Below are positions 1 through 9,643 of a stretch of 64,000 nt of DNA, piece by piece (the stretch's first letter is position 1; every line of letters begins with the position of its first letter). Both the position numbers and the translations under genes were made by a program. The notes below the pieces were generated by a model, which saw nothing but the letters and a program-made list of their open reading frames with translations, ran no database searches and was not told the origin of the DNA. The DNA is from an uncultured Gemmatimonadales bacterium (lineage in GTDB: Bacteria > Gemmatimonadota > Gemmatimonadetes > Gemmatimonadales > GWC2-71-9), in assembly GCA_963795085.1 (NCBI GenBank), contig CAWCFX010000001.1, positions 192,001 through 256,000 of the forward strand, read 5' to 3'.

Positions 1-370
1 GCCCCGGGTCGGGCTTTCGCTGGCCCGCCGGATCGTGGCCGACCGGGACAGCAATGGCCCCTTTGGCTCGATCGAGGGGCTGGACCGGGTGCCCGGGGTG
101 GGGCCTGGCCTGCTTCGGGAGATCGGTCCCCGGGTGTCATTCTCCGGTTCACCGGCCCGCCCCGCCCCTTCGGCAGGCAGCCTCGTGAATCTCAATTCGG
201 CGCCCGCCACCGAATTGGAACGCCTCCCCCTGATCGGGCCCTCGAAAGCCCTGGCCATCGTGACCTGGCGTGAGCGGCACGGTTCTTTCAAGTCCCTCGA
301 CGATCTTGTTCTGGTTCCGGGAGTTAGCCGCCGGATGGCCGAGGCAATCCGCGACCGGGTGGCGTTTTGA
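1..370 (+). CDS. comEA: ComEA-family helix-hairpin-helix DNA-binding protein (5' end outside window)
   Basis: Two HhH units: GPFGSIEGLDRVPGVG and VNLNSAPATELERLPLIGPSKALAIVTWRERHGSFKSLDDLVLVPGV. Directly upstream of pilB. Confidence 0.8.
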   Translation, partial: PRVGLSLARRIVADRDSNGPFGSIEGLDRVPGVGPGLLREIGPRVSFSGSPARPAPSAGSLVNLNSAPATELERLPLIGPSKALAIVTWRERHGSFKSLDDLVLVPGVSRRMAEAIRDRVAF

Positions 371-527
371 GGGGGAGGGCCGGATTGGGGGCCAGTCAGG
401 GACCCACTGACCCGCCGGCCCATCCCAATCGCCGGCCCTCGGCCACTATTGCCGCCATCTCCCCTGACCCCTACTATTGTGTGGTGTAAACCCTTGTCAT
501 TCTTCATTCTCCGGACAATTCGCGACC

Positions 528-2234
528 ATGGCAACCGCAGCAGCCGGCACTGATCGGCTCGGCGATATCCTTATCCGTGAGAACCTGATTACGCGGGAAC
601 AACTCGCGCAGGCGCTGACGGAGCAGAAGGCCACGGGCTTCCGGCTGGGATACGTCCTCGTGAAGCTGGGACTGGTGCAGGAGATCGAAGTTACCAAGGT
701 GCTGGCCCGCCAGTACCGGATGCCGGCGGTGGACCTGTCCCGCTTCGAGGTGGATCCCAAGATCGTCAAGCTGATCCCCGGCGACTTTGCCTCCAAGCAC
801 GTGGTGCTGCCCCTCAAGCGGGAGGGCCGGACCCTGACCGTCGCGATGGCGGAGCCCACCAACTCCGGCCTGATCGAAGACCTGAAGTTCATCACCCGCT
901 ACGACCTGTTCCCCGTCATCGCCGGCGAATACACCCTCCGCGCGCTGATCGAGAAACACTACGAGTCGGGAGACCAGCAGCTGCAGACGCTGCTCAAGGA
1001 CATGGAGGGCCTCGAAGACGTCGAGGTGGTCGAGGAGCAGGAGGACGAAGCGGTCACCCAGGCGCAGATCGACGATGCGCCGGTGGTCAAGCTGATCAAC
1101 GGGCTGCTGACCGACGCGGTGAAGCGGGGGGCCAGCGACATCCACATCGAGCCGTTCGAGCACGAGATCCGGGTCCGCTACCGGATCGACGGGGCGCTGC
1201 TCGAAGTGATGAAGCCGCCGGTCAAGATGAAGGCCGCGCTGACGTCGCGGGTCAAGATCCTTTCCCAGCTGAACATCGCCGAGCGGCGGGTGCCCCAGGA
1301 CGGCCGGCTCAAGCTCAAGATGGGCGCCCGGGTGATCGACTTCCGGGTTTCCACCCTGCCGGTGCTCTTCGGCGAGAAGATCGTCATGCGCATCCTCGAC
1401 AAGGGGAACTTGACGCTCGATCTCACCAAGTTCGGCTTTGAAGCCAAGGCCGAGGCCGATCTCATGCGGGCGATCCTGAACCCGTACGGCATGGTCCTGG
1501 TCACCGGTCCTACCGGCTCCGGCAAGACCACCACGCTGTACTCGGCGCTGTCCCGGATCAACACCATCGAGACCAATATCATGACCGCGGAGGACCCCGT
1601 CGAGTACAACCTGATGGGGATCAACCAGGTCCTGGTGCGCAACGAGATCGGGCTCACCTTCGCGGCCGCCCTCAAGGCGTTCCTGCGGCAGGACCCCAAC
1701 ATCATCATGATCGGCGAGATCCGGGACCTGGAGACGGGCGGCATCGCGATCAAGGCCGCGCTCACCGGCCACCTGGTCCTGTCCACGCTGCACACCAACG
1801 ACGCGCCCAGCACGATCACCCGTATGATCGACATGGGCATCGAGGCGTTCAACGTGGCCAGCGCGGTGAACCTGGTCGTCGCCCAGCGCCTGGTCCGCCG
1901 GATCTGCAAGGACTGCAAGGCGCCCCACACGTACACCGACGTCGAGCTCAAGGCTTTGAGCGACAAGGTCGATGAACTGAAGAAGCTGACCTTCATGAAG
2001 GGCACCGGCTGCGAGACCTGTAGCGGGACCGGGTACAAGGGCCGGGCCGGCCTGTACGAGGTCATGGCGCTGACTCCCGAACTCCGCCGCCTGATCCTCC
2101 GGGGCGCCTCGGTCGCCGAAATGCAGGAACAGGCGGTGGCGGACGGCATGCTGACGCTCCGGATGGACGGCATGGTGAAAGTCGCCAAGGGCGTAACCAC
2201 CCTCGAAGAAGTCATCAAGGAGACGGCCGGATGA
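528..2234 (+). CDS. pilB: Type IV-A pilus assembly ATPase PilB
   Basis: MshEN-like N-terminus RLGDILI..LAQAL..Q..RLG, Walker A GPTGSGKTT, LRQDPNIIMIGEIRD, TLHTND, CxxC/CxxC zinc site. ATG at 528 preferred over TTG at 477. Confidence 0.96.
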   Translation: MATAAAGTDRLGDILIRENLITREQLAQALTEQKATGFRLGYVLVKLGLVQEIEVTKVLARQYRMPAVDLSRFEVDPKIVKLIPGDFASKHVVLPLKREGRTLTVAMAEPTNSGLIEDLKFITRYDLFPVIAGEYTLRALIEKHYESGDQQLQTLLKDMEGLEDVEVVEEQEDEAVTQAQIDDAPVVKLINGLLTDAVKRGASDIHIEPFEHEIRVRYRIDGALLEVMKPPVKMKAALTSRVKILSQLNIAERRVPQDGRLKLKMGARVIDFRVSTLPVLFGEKIVMRILDKGNLTLDLTKFGFEAKAEADLMRAILNPYGMVLVTGPTGSGKTTTLYSALSRINTIETNIMTAEDPVEYNLMGINQVLVRNEIGLTFAAALKAFLRQDPNIIMIGEIRDLETGGIAIKAALTGHLVLSTLHTNDAPSTITRMIDMGIEAFNVASAVNLVVAQRLVRRICKDCKAPHTYTDVELKALSDKVDELKKLTFMKGTGCETCSGTGYKGRAGLYEVMALTPELRRLILRGASVAEMQEQAVADGMLTLRMDGMVKVAKGVTTLEEVIKETAG

Positions 2235-3355
2235 TCAACCTGCGCGCCCTGCTCGAGGAAATGATCGAAAAAGAGGCATCTGACCTCCACATCACCGCCG
2301 GCGAACGACCCAAGATCCGGATCGACGGCGACATCACCAGCGCGTCCGCGGAAGAGGTGCTCACCCCGAAGGACACTCTGTCGCTGGCCTATTCGGTGCT
2401 CACCGAGAACCAGAAGAAGCGGTTCGAGCTGGAAGACGAACTGGACTTTTCCTTCGGCATCCAGAACCTGGCCCGCTTCCGCGGCAACGTGTTCAAGCAG
2501 CGGGGCTGCGTGGCCATGGTGATCCGGATGATCCCGTTCAGCGTCAAGACCTTCCAGGACCTCGGGCTCCCCGCGGTGGTCGCCAAGATGGCCGAGAAGC
2601 CGCGGGGTCTCATGCTGGTGACCGGGCCGACCGGGTCCGGCAAGTCCACCACCCTGGCCGCGATCATCGACAAGATCAACAAGGAGCGGAAGGGCCACAT
2701 CATCACGGTGGAAGACCCCATCGAGTTCATCCACCGCCACCACCAGTGCATCATCAACCAGCGCGAGGTGGGAACCGATACCAAGAGCTTCGGCAACGCG
2801 CTCAAGTACGCGCTCCGGGAAGACCCCGACGTCATCCTGGTCGGCGAAATGCGGGACCTGGAAACCATCCAGGCCACCATAACCATCGCGGAGACCGGCC
2901 ACCTGGCGCTGGCGACGCTGCACACCAATTCGGCGGCCGAGTCCATCAACCGGATCATTGACGTCTTCCCGTCCAACCAGCAGTCCCAGGTGCGGGCCCA
3001 GCTGGCCTTCGTCCTGGAGGGCGTGATTACCCAGACCCTGCTGCAGAAGGCCAAGGGCCGGGGCCGGGCCATGGCGGCCGAGATCATGGTGGCCACCCCG
3101 GCCATCCGGGCGCTCATCCGCGACGACAAGGTGCACCAGATCTACTCGCTGATGCAGTCCGGCAAGAAGCACGGCATGCAGACCATGAACGACGCGCTCT
3201 ACCAGCTGTATGTCAGCCGCGAGGTGACCCAGGAAGAGTGCCTCCGCGCCACCGGCGACCCCAATGAGTTCATGCGGATGATCGGGCAGGTGCCCATGGA
3301 AGAGCAGGACATCGGCGAGATCGACGCCAAGAAAAAGACCGCGATGCGGCGTTAG
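2231..3355 (+). CDS. pilT: Type IV pilus retraction ATPase PilT
   Basis: ASDLHI, GPTGSGKSTT, LREDPDVILVGEMRD, AETGHL, AIRALIRDDK (AIRNLIRE-like). 4-bp overlap with pilB. Confidence 0.96.
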   Translation: MINLRALLEEMIEKEASDLHITAGERPKIRIDGDITSASAEEVLTPKDTLSLAYSVLTENQKKRFELEDELDFSFGIQNLARFRGNVFKQRGCVAMVIRMIPFSVKTFQDLGLPAVVAKMAEKPRGLMLVTGPTGSGKSTTLAAIIDKINKERKGHIITVEDPIEFIHRHHQCIINQREVGTDTKSFGNALKYALREDPDVILVGEMRDLETIQATITIAETGHLALATLHTNSAAESINRIIDVFPSNQQSQVRAQLAFVLEGVITQTLLQKAKGRGRAMAAEIMVATPAIRALIRDDKVHQIYSLMQSGKKHGMQTMNDALYQLYVSREVTQEECLRATGDPNEFMRMIGQVPMEEQDIGEIDAKKKTAMRR

Positions 3356-3360
3356 AAACG

Positions 3361-3476
3361 GAGTACAGAGTACAGAGTACAGAGTGCAGAGTGCAGAGCG
3401 CAGAGTAACTCGGCTGCACTCTGACCCTCCACTCTGAACCCTGCACTCTGCACTCTGCACTCTGCACTCTGCCCTT
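3361..3476. repeat. Inverted heptamer tandem repeats (GAGTRCA)n / (TGCACTC)n between pilT and pilC
   Basis: Left arm GAGTACA x3, GAGTGCA x2, GAGCGCA (3361-3402). Right arm TGCACTC at 3415 and x4 at 3442-3469. The arms are reverse complements. Confidence 0.92.
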
Positions 3477-3493
3477 AGAGGGAGCCAGACACC

Positions 3494-4696
3494 ATGCCCA
3501 TGTACGAGTACACCGCCCGGAACCAGACGACCGGGCAGATCATGAAAGGCACCCAGGAGGCCCCCAGCAAGGAGGAAGTGGTCAAGTTCCTCCGCAAGAA
3601 CAAGCTGGCGGTGGTGACCATCCGGGAGCCCCCCAAGGAGATCAAGCTCAAGTTCGGGGGCGGGATCAAGACCCGGGATATCGTCATCTTCACCCGGCAG
3701 TTCGCCACCATGATCAATGCCGGCCTCCCGCTGGTGCAGTCCCTGGACATCCTGGCCCAGCAGACCGAGAACAAGAAGCTGGCCGATGTCGTCCGCCAGG
3801 TGGTCTATGACGTGGAGAGCGGCAATACCCTGGCCGACGCGTTCCGGAAGCACCCCAAGGCCTACACCGACCTCTACGTCAACATGGTGGCGGCGGGCGA
3901 GGCCGGCGGCATCCTGGACACCATCCTGCTCCGGCTGGCGACCTTCCTGGAAAAGAACGACGCCCTGGTCCGCAAGGTGAAGAGCGCCATGATTTACCCG
4001 GGCGTCATTTTCTCGGTGGCGGCCATCGCGGTGGCGGTGCTGCTGATCTTCGTGATCCCGACCTTCCAGAACATGTTCGCGTCGGTCAACCTGGAGCTGC
4101 CCCTGCCGACCCGGTTCGTGATCGGCGCGTCCCAGTTCCTGATCAACTTCTGGTGGGCGATCATCGCGGTCATCGGCGTCAGTATCTTCGCGCTCACCCG
4201 GTACTACCAGACCGGCCAGGGCAAGAAAAAAATCGACCAGATGATGCTCAATGCCCCGGTCCTGGGCGACCTGCTCCGGAAGTCCGCCGTGTCGCGGTTC
4301 ACCCGGACCCTGGGCACCCTGATCTCCTCCGGCGTGTCGATCCTGGACGGTTTGGAGATTACCGCCAAGACCGCGGGCAACCGGGTCATTCACGACGCGG
4401 TGATGGACTCCCGCCAGTCCATCGCCGGCGGCGAAACCATCGCCGCCCCGCTGGAGCGCTCCAAGGTCTTTCCCCCGATGGTGATCTCCATGATTGCCGT
4501 CGGCGAGCAGACCGGCGGTCTCGACGAGATGCTCACCAAGATCGCCGACTTTTACGACGACGAGGTGGACGTGGCGGTGGGCGCGCTGCTTTCCCTCATG
4601 GAGCCGATCATGATCGTAGTGCTCGGCGTGATTGTCGGCGGCATGGTGGTGGCGATGTACCTGCCGATCTTTGACATGGTCAACGCGGTGCAGTAA
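3494..4696 (+). CDS. pilC: Type IV pilus inner-membrane platform protein PilC (T2SS F family)
   Basis: FTRQFATMINAGLPL, AGEAGGILD, MIAVGEQTGGLDEML, EP..IVVLG..VGGMVVAMYLPIF. RBS AGAGGGAG upstream. Confidence 0.96.
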   Translation: MPMYEYTARNQTTGQIMKGTQEAPSKEEVVKFLRKNKLAVVTIREPPKEIKLKFGGGIKTRDIVIFTRQFATMINAGLPLVQSLDILAQQTENKKLADVVRQVVYDVESGNTLADAFRKHPKAYTDLYVNMVAAGEAGGILDTILLRLATFLEKNDALVRKVKSAMIYPGVIFSVAAIAVAVLLIFVIPTFQNMFASVNLELPLPTRFVIGASQFLINFWWAIIAVIGVSIFALTRYYQTGQGKKKIDQMMLNAPVLGDLLRKSAVSRFTRTLGTLISSGVSILDGLEITAKTAGNRVIHDAVMDSRQSIAGGETIAAPLERSKVFPPMVISMIAVGEQTGGLDEMLTKIADFYDDEVDVAVGALLSLMEPIMIVVLGVIVGGMVVAMYLPIFDMVNAVQ

Positions 4697-4730
4697 GGGC
4701 TGGCGCAGAAGGCCGCCCCGGACTGGTCAA

Positions 4731-4767
4731 AAGGGTCTCCCGGCACACCGGGAGATCCTTCTTTCTT
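4731..4767 (+). terminator. Rho-independent terminator after pilBTC
   Basis: Stem AAGGGTCTCCCGG / CCGGGAGATCCTT with a 4-nt loop, followed by CTTTCTT. Confidence 0.7.
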
Positions 4768-4825
4768 GGGGCCTGCCTCGGCATCGTTCGGCCCTGCCGT
4801 CTTTCCCCCCACCCCAGGAGTTGCC

Positions 4826-6100
4826 ATGGCTATCTCCCGTCGCCAGTTCGCCGGTTCCATGGCTGGGCTGGTCGGCGCCGCCGCGCTGGGACGCCCCCCG
4901 GCACTCGAGCCTCCATCCGATCCCTGCGCTCTCCCTGCGCCCGTCCAGGCCTTGAAGCGGCTGACCGGCGATGTCGTTCCCATATCCGACCATGAGCGGC
5001 GCGATCGGATTGCCAGGGCGCAGCGGCTGATGGCGGAGCAGGGTATCGGTGCCCTGCTGGTCGAGCCGGGAACCAGCATGATGTACTATACCGGCGTCAG
5101 TTGGTGGCCTTCCGAGCGGACCTTCGCCGTCGTGATCCCCGCCGAAGGCGAGCCCGCCTGGGTGTGCCCCGCTTTCGAGGAAGCGCGCGCCCGCGAGCTG
5201 ATTCGCTTCGGAACCGACGTCCGAGTCTGGCATGAGGATGAGAGCCCGTTCCGGCTGATCGCCGGCATTCTCGAGGACCTGGGCGTCGGCCGGGTGGGGA
5301 TCGAGGAACAACTCCGCTTCTTTCTTCAGGAGGGACTGCGCCGGGAAGCGCCCTCGGCCGAACTGGTGAGCGGCACCCCGGTGACCGCCGGCTGCCGGAT
5401 GCACAAGTCGCCCGCCGAGCTGGCCCTCATGCAACGGGCCAGCGACATCACCATCGCCGCATTCCGGGCAGCGTTCGCGACCCTGAAGGAAGGTATGACC
5501 CAGTACGACCTGCAGGACAACATGCTGGCGGCGCTTGAGAGGGTCGGTGGCAAGGATCCCTGGGCTCTGGTGGGCTTCGGAGAGTACTCGGCGTTTCCTC
5601 ACGGCACCATCCAGCCCCAGAAACTGAATGACGGTGATATCGTGCTCCTCGATGCCGGGTGCGCGGTCGAGGGATATCAGTCCGACATCACCCGCACGAC
5701 CGTGTACGGCCGGCCAACGGCCCGGCAAACGGAGATCTGGAATCTGGAACGAACGGCCCAGGACGCCGCCTTTGCGGCCGCCCAGGTGGGAAGGCCCTGC
5801 GAGGCAGTGGATGCCGCCGCCCGGAAGGTGCTCACCGATGCCGGGTTCGGACCCGGCTACAGGCTGCCGGGTCTGCCCCACCGCACCGGCCACGGCATCG
5901 GCATGGACGGGCATGAGTGGACCTACTTCGTCCGGGGCAACACCACGCCGCTGGCCCCGGGCATGTGTTTCAGTGATGAGCCGATGATCGCGATCTACGG
6001 GGAGTTCGGCATCCGGCTGGAGGACTGCCTGTACATCACCGAGCAGGGTCCCCGGTTCTTCTCCGCGCAGAGCGCGGCGATCGACCGCCCGTTCGGTTAA
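4826..6100 (+). CDS. Xaa-Pro peptidase (M24B) with Tat signal peptide
   Basis: SRRQF twin-arginine motif. Metal-ligand motifs DAGC..GYQSDITRT, HRTGHGIG, SDEP, GIRLED. RBS AGGAG. Confidence 0.9.
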   Translation: MAISRRQFAGSMAGLVGAAALGRPPALEPPSDPCALPAPVQALKRLTGDVVPISDHERRDRIARAQRLMAEQGIGALLVEPGTSMMYYTGVSWWPSERTFAVVIPAEGEPAWVCPAFEEARARELIRFGTDVRVWHEDESPFRLIAGILEDLGVGRVGIEEQLRFFLQEGLRREAPSAELVSGTPVTAGCRMHKSPAELALMQRASDITIAAFRAAFATLKEGMTQYDLQDNMLAALERVGGKDPWALVGFGEYSAFPHGTIQPQKLNDGDIVLLDAGCAVEGYQSDITRTTVYGRPTARQTEIWNLERTAQDAAFAAAQVGRPCEAVDAAARKVLTDAGFGPGYRLPGLPHRTGHGIGMDGHEWTYFVRGNTTPLAPGMCFSDEPMIAIYGEFGIRLEDCLYITEQGPRFFSAQSAAIDRPFG

Positions 6101-6385
6101 CTACCGGGCGGCGTTCGAGTCGTCAAATCGCTTTCGGCTGCGCTCCTTCGCCTTGCGGGCTTCTTCTTCCCGGTCCCGCGGCGGCGCTTTGACCTCGAGC
6201 GAGTTGATCAGCCGCCGCGCCGCGGCGGTCACGTCCTCCACCGTCCGGTCGAAGATCGCCTCGTTGGCCCGGGACGGCTTGGTGGTGCCGCTCAGCTTGC
6301 GCACGAACTGGAGCGCCGAGGCCCGGATCTCGTCCTCGGTGGCAGGCGGCTCGAAGTTGGCCAGGGTCCTGATGTTTCGGCACAT
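6101..6385 (-). CDS. DUF2277 family protein
   Basis: Characteristic MCRNIRTLANFEPPATEDEIRASALQFVRKLSG and PPRDREEEA. Confidence 0.85.
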   Translation of the reverse strand: MCRNIRTLANFEPPATEDEIRASALQFVRKLSGTTKPSRANEAIFDRTVEDVTAAARRLINSLEVKAPPRDREEEARKAKERSRKRFDDSNAAR

Positions 6386-6483
6386 GGGTGACACTCCTGA
6401 CTGGGCTGCATCATCTTAATCGGCCGGACCCGCCACGTCACTTTGGCTCTCGCCCCCCGGCGGGAGACACTATCTTTCGAGTC

Positions 6484-7311
6484 ATGATCCTCCACCTGGT
6501 GGACGGCACCTACGAGCTGTTCCGCCACTTCTATGGCGCCCGGCGCTTCAACCAGGGCAAGGACACGCCTTTCGGTGCGGTGGTGGGGGTCCTCCACACC
6601 GTGCTCCAGATGATCGAAGGCGGAGCCGACCATATCGGGGTAGCCACCGATCATATCATCGAGAGTTTCCGAAACCAGTTGTGGCCCGGGTACAAGACTG
6701 GTGCAGGCATCGAGCCGGCGCTCTGGGCCCAGTTCCATCCGCTGGAAGAGGCGCTCGACGCCATGGGAGTGATGGTATGGCCCATGGTCGATCTGGAGGC
6801 GGACGACGCGCTGGCCTCCGCCGCCTGGCTCGGCTCCGCCGATCCCCGAGTCGACAAGATCTCTATCTGGACACCCGACAAGGACCTGGCCCAATGTGTC
6901 CGGGTTGACCGGGTGGTACAGGTGGACCGCCGGAGCGGGAAAATCCTGGATGCCGCCGGCGTCATAGCCAAGTTCGGCGTGGCCCCGGAACTGATTCCCG
7001 ATTTCCTGGCCCTGGTGGGCGATGCCGCAGATGGATTTCCTGGCATCAGCGGGATCGGAAAGATCGGGGCGGCCCGGCTTCTCAATCGGCACGGTCCTAT
7101 AGAACAGTTCCCCGCGGGCGTGCTGGGTGAGGCAAGGGAGCAGGCCCTGCTCTTCAAGCGGCTCGCCACCCTCCGGACCGATGCCGCCGTTTTCATGGAC
7201 GCCGGGGAGATGCGCTGGCTCGGGGCGCGAACGTCCTTCCTGGCAGTGACCGAACGAATGGGTAACCCCGCCCTCTTCCAACGTTGCCTCAAGGCTCATG
7301 GAGCCCTGTGA
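6484..7311 (+). CDS. Stand-alone 5'-3' exonuclease / flap endonuclease (PolI N-terminal-like)
   Basis: LVDGT, FRN..WPGYK, EADDAL, DKDL.Q, LALVGDAADGFPGISGIGKIGAA (H3TH). Confidence 0.9.
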   Translation: MILHLVDGTYELFRHFYGARRFNQGKDTPFGAVVGVLHTVLQMIEGGADHIGVATDHIIESFRNQLWPGYKTGAGIEPALWAQFHPLEEALDAMGVMVWPMVDLEADDALASAAWLGSADPRVDKISIWTPDKDLAQCVRVDRVVQVDRRSGKILDAAGVIAKFGVAPELIPDFLALVGDAADGFPGISGIGKIGAARLLNRHGPIEQFPAGVLGEAREQALLFKRLATLRTDAAVFMDAGEMRWLGARTSFLAVTERMGNPALFQRCLKAHGAL

Positions 7312-7514
7312 CGACGGGCCATGTCGATCTGCATGACCACCACTACGCCGGCTACCAGGGCGGTGCTGGACGATATCCGGCGGGAGACCTGCAGCGCGGA
7401 CATCGGCCAGACAGCTGGGTCACCGCCGACGAGCATGATCGGTTCACCCCTCTGCTCGGCCTGGTACCGGGACACCGCGTGATGGAGGTCGCGACGCCAA
7501 CGAGCGCGGCGTGA
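7308..7514 (+). pseudogene. Frameshifted, truncated N-terminal remnant of a class I SAM-dependent methyltransferase
   Basis: Stitching frames gives VDLHDHHYAGY / AVLDDIRRETCSADIGQ / SWVTADEHDRFTPLLGLVPGHRVMEVA, ending where motif I (GxG) should start. Family assignment is from recall only. Confidence 0.45.
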
Positions 7515-7593
7515 CAACCGCGATATCGAGGGCGACGGCACGGGTGCCGGGACGGCTCGCCTTTCCCTGTGATGCCGGCCGATCGCACTCCGC

Positions 7594-8853
7594 TTAACCG
7601 CAGGCGGCTGCCCGGTCCAGCAACAACTTTCTTTCCTGTCCGTTTTGCGTCATCTCCGCGGCCCGCTGGAACTCCTGCCGGGCCTCTTCGAACCTCCCCA
7701 GTTTGGCCAGAAAGTCTCCCCTCACACTGGGCAGCAGGTGGTAATTCCGGAGTGACGGCTCCTCGACCAGTGGATCCACGATCGCCAACCCTTCCGCCGG
7801 CCCGAATGCCATGGAATAGGCCACCGCCCGGTTCAGCTCCACCACCGGTGATGGAGACATCTGGGCCAGTGCGTCATACAAAGCTGCGATGCGGCTCCAG
7901 TCCGTCGCGTCCGCGGTGCGGGCCACCGCGTGGCAGGCCGCGATTGCCGCCTGCAGGGTGTAGGTGCCGAGTGACCCGCCCAGGTGCTCCGCCCGGGCCA
8001 GGGCCGCGAGGCCCCGCCGAATCAGGAGCTGGTCCCACCGGGCCCGGTTCTGGTCCAGGAGAAGAATGGGCGCTCCATCCGGACCCACCCGCGCCCCCAG
8101 GCGGGAGGCCTGGATTTCCATCAGGGCCACGAGGCCATGGACTTCCGGTTCCTCCGGCGCGAGACCGGCAAGCACTCGGCCCAGCCGAAGTGCCTCTTCG
8201 CACAGCGCGGGACGCACCCAGCTGTCCCCCATGGTGGCGGAATATCCTTCGTTGAAGACCAGGTAGATGACGCCGAGGACGGCGCCGAGCCGGGCATGCA
8301 GCTCGGCGCCGCGGGGGACGTCCACGGAAATGCGGGCCTCGGCCAGGGTGCGCTTGGCCCGCACGATGCGCTGGGCCACCGTGGCTTCCGGCACCAGGAA
8401 GGCGCGGGCGATCTCCCCGGTGGTGAGCCCGCCCAGGAGCCGGAGGGTGAGGGCCACCCGGGCTTCCATCGACAGCACGGGGTGGCAGGCGATGAAGACC
8501 AGCCGCAGCAGGTCGTCGCCCACATGGTCATCCAAGGCGGCGTCGAGGTCAGGGAGTGCCGCTTCCATCCGGGTGCCGATCTCGTGACTGATCAGCGGCT
8601 CGTTGCGTTGCTGCATGCTCCGCCGGCGGAGCTGGTCGATGCCCCGGCGCTTGGCGGTGGTCATGAGCCAGGCGCCGGGATTATCGGGAACCCCGCTCGC
8701 CGGCCACTGCTCCAGCGCGGCCAGGAGGGCGTCCTGGGCCAGGTCTTCGGCCAGCCCAACGTCCCGCACCATCCGCACCAGCCCGGCAATGAGCCGGGGG
8801 GACTCGATTCGCCAGATCGCGTCGATGGCCCGGTTGGCCTCGGCCCGGCTCAT
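7594..8853 (-). CDS. ECF RNA polymerase sigma factor with C-terminal TPR-like extension (ECF42-type)
   Basis: AEDLAQDALLAALEQWP..GVPDNPGAWL, LRLVFIACHP, ALTLRLLGGLTT.EIARAFLV, YLVFNEGY. Adjacent to DGPF genes. Confidence 0.9.
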   Translation of the reverse strand: MSRAEANRAIDAIWRIESPRLIAGLVRMVRDVGLAEDLAQDALLAALEQWPASGVPDNPGAWLMTTAKRRGIDQLRRRSMQQRNEPLISHEIGTRMEAALPDLDAALDDHVGDDLLRLVFIACHPVLSMEARVALTLRLLGGLTTGEIARAFLVPEATVAQRIVRAKRTLAEARISVDVPRGAELHARLGAVLGVIYLVFNEGYSATMGDSWVRPALCEEALRLGRVLAGLAPEEPEVHGLVALMEIQASRLGARVGPDGAPILLLDQNRARWDQLLIRRGLAALARAEHLGGSLGTYTLQAAIAACHAVARTADATDWSRIAALYDALAQMSPSPVVELNRAVAYSMAFGPAEGLAIVDPLVEEPSLRNYHLLPSVRGDFLAKLGRFEEARQEFQRAAEMTQNGQERKLLLDRAAACG

Positions 8854-9218
8854 GCCAGGGTGTCGTCCACGACGAGCTGGCGGGTCGGCCAGATCTCGAC
8901 ATGGCCCAGCCGGCCGCCCGGAAACCGCGCGGCGACCTCCACCGCCTCCGCCATGTCTGCCGCCTCGATGAGATAGAAGCCGGCCACCAGTTCCTTGCTC
9001 TCGGTGAAGGGGCCGTCGGTAAGGGAGACGAGGCCTTTTGGGAACCGCACGGTCACTGCCCGGGACGAGTCCATCAGCGCCTCGGCCTCGATGAAATGCC
9101 CGCTCTGGCGAAGCCGGTCGTTGAGAGCCAGGTGCCCCACGTTCAGCGCGTTCATTTCCCCGGGAGGCAGCGCCGCCATCCGCTCCTCGTCCAGGTAGAT
9201 CAGGCACAGGTACTTCAT
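8850..9218 (-). CDS. YciI/DGPF family protein
   Basis: MKYLCLIY...TDGPFTESKELVAGFYLIEA. RBS GGAGG. Confidence 0.9.
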   Translation of the reverse strand: MKYLCLIYLDEERMAALPPGEMNALNVGHLALNDRLRQSGHFIEAEALMDSSRAVTVRFPKGLVSLTDGPFTESKELVAGFYLIEAADMAEAVEVAARFPGGRLGHVEIWPTRQLVVDDTLA

Positions 9219-9220
9219 CG

Positions 9221-9643
9221 CTACCTCCCGGGTCCGGGCCTGGCCTGCATTTCGGGGAAGCCTCTTGCCGCCGCCTGCACATCGGGCGGAAAGTCGCTCA
9301 TTTCCTGAACCTGGCGGACCTCGATCACTTCGTTGTCTCCGGCCGGACAGCGGGAGGCCCACTCGATCGCCTCTTCCTTCGAGCGCACCTGGATCATCCA
9401 GTACCCGCCCAGCACCTCCCTGGCCTCCGCAAAGGGCCCGTCGGTCACGGCCGGCGTGCCACCCTTGAAGGTGACCCGGGCCCCCATGCTCGGCGGATGG
9501 AGCCCGTCCAGGGCGAGCAACACGCCGGCCCGCTGGAGCTGCTCGTTGTATTTCATCATTTTCTCGACCGCTCCAGCATCGGGGACCGTACCCGGTGCGG
9601 CCGTCTCGTAGCCCCTGGGGATCATGAGCATCATGAATCGCAT
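9221..9643 (-). CDS. YciI/DGPF family protein
   Basis: MRFMMLM...TDGPFAEAREVLGGYWMIQVRSKEEAIEWA.RCP. Confidence 0.9.
   Translation of the reverse strand: MRFMMLMIPRGYETAAPGTVPDAGAVEKMMKYNEQLQRAGVLLALDGLHPPSMGARVTFKGGTPAVTDGPFAEAREVLGGYWMIQVRSKEEAIEWASRCPAGDNEVIEVRQVQEMSDFPPDVQAAARGFPEMQARPGPGR

Noticed and set aside
1178..4393. 1071-aa antisense ORF and the many similar long overlapping ORFs
   Set aside because: These are shadow frames of high-GC genes with no recognisable motifs.
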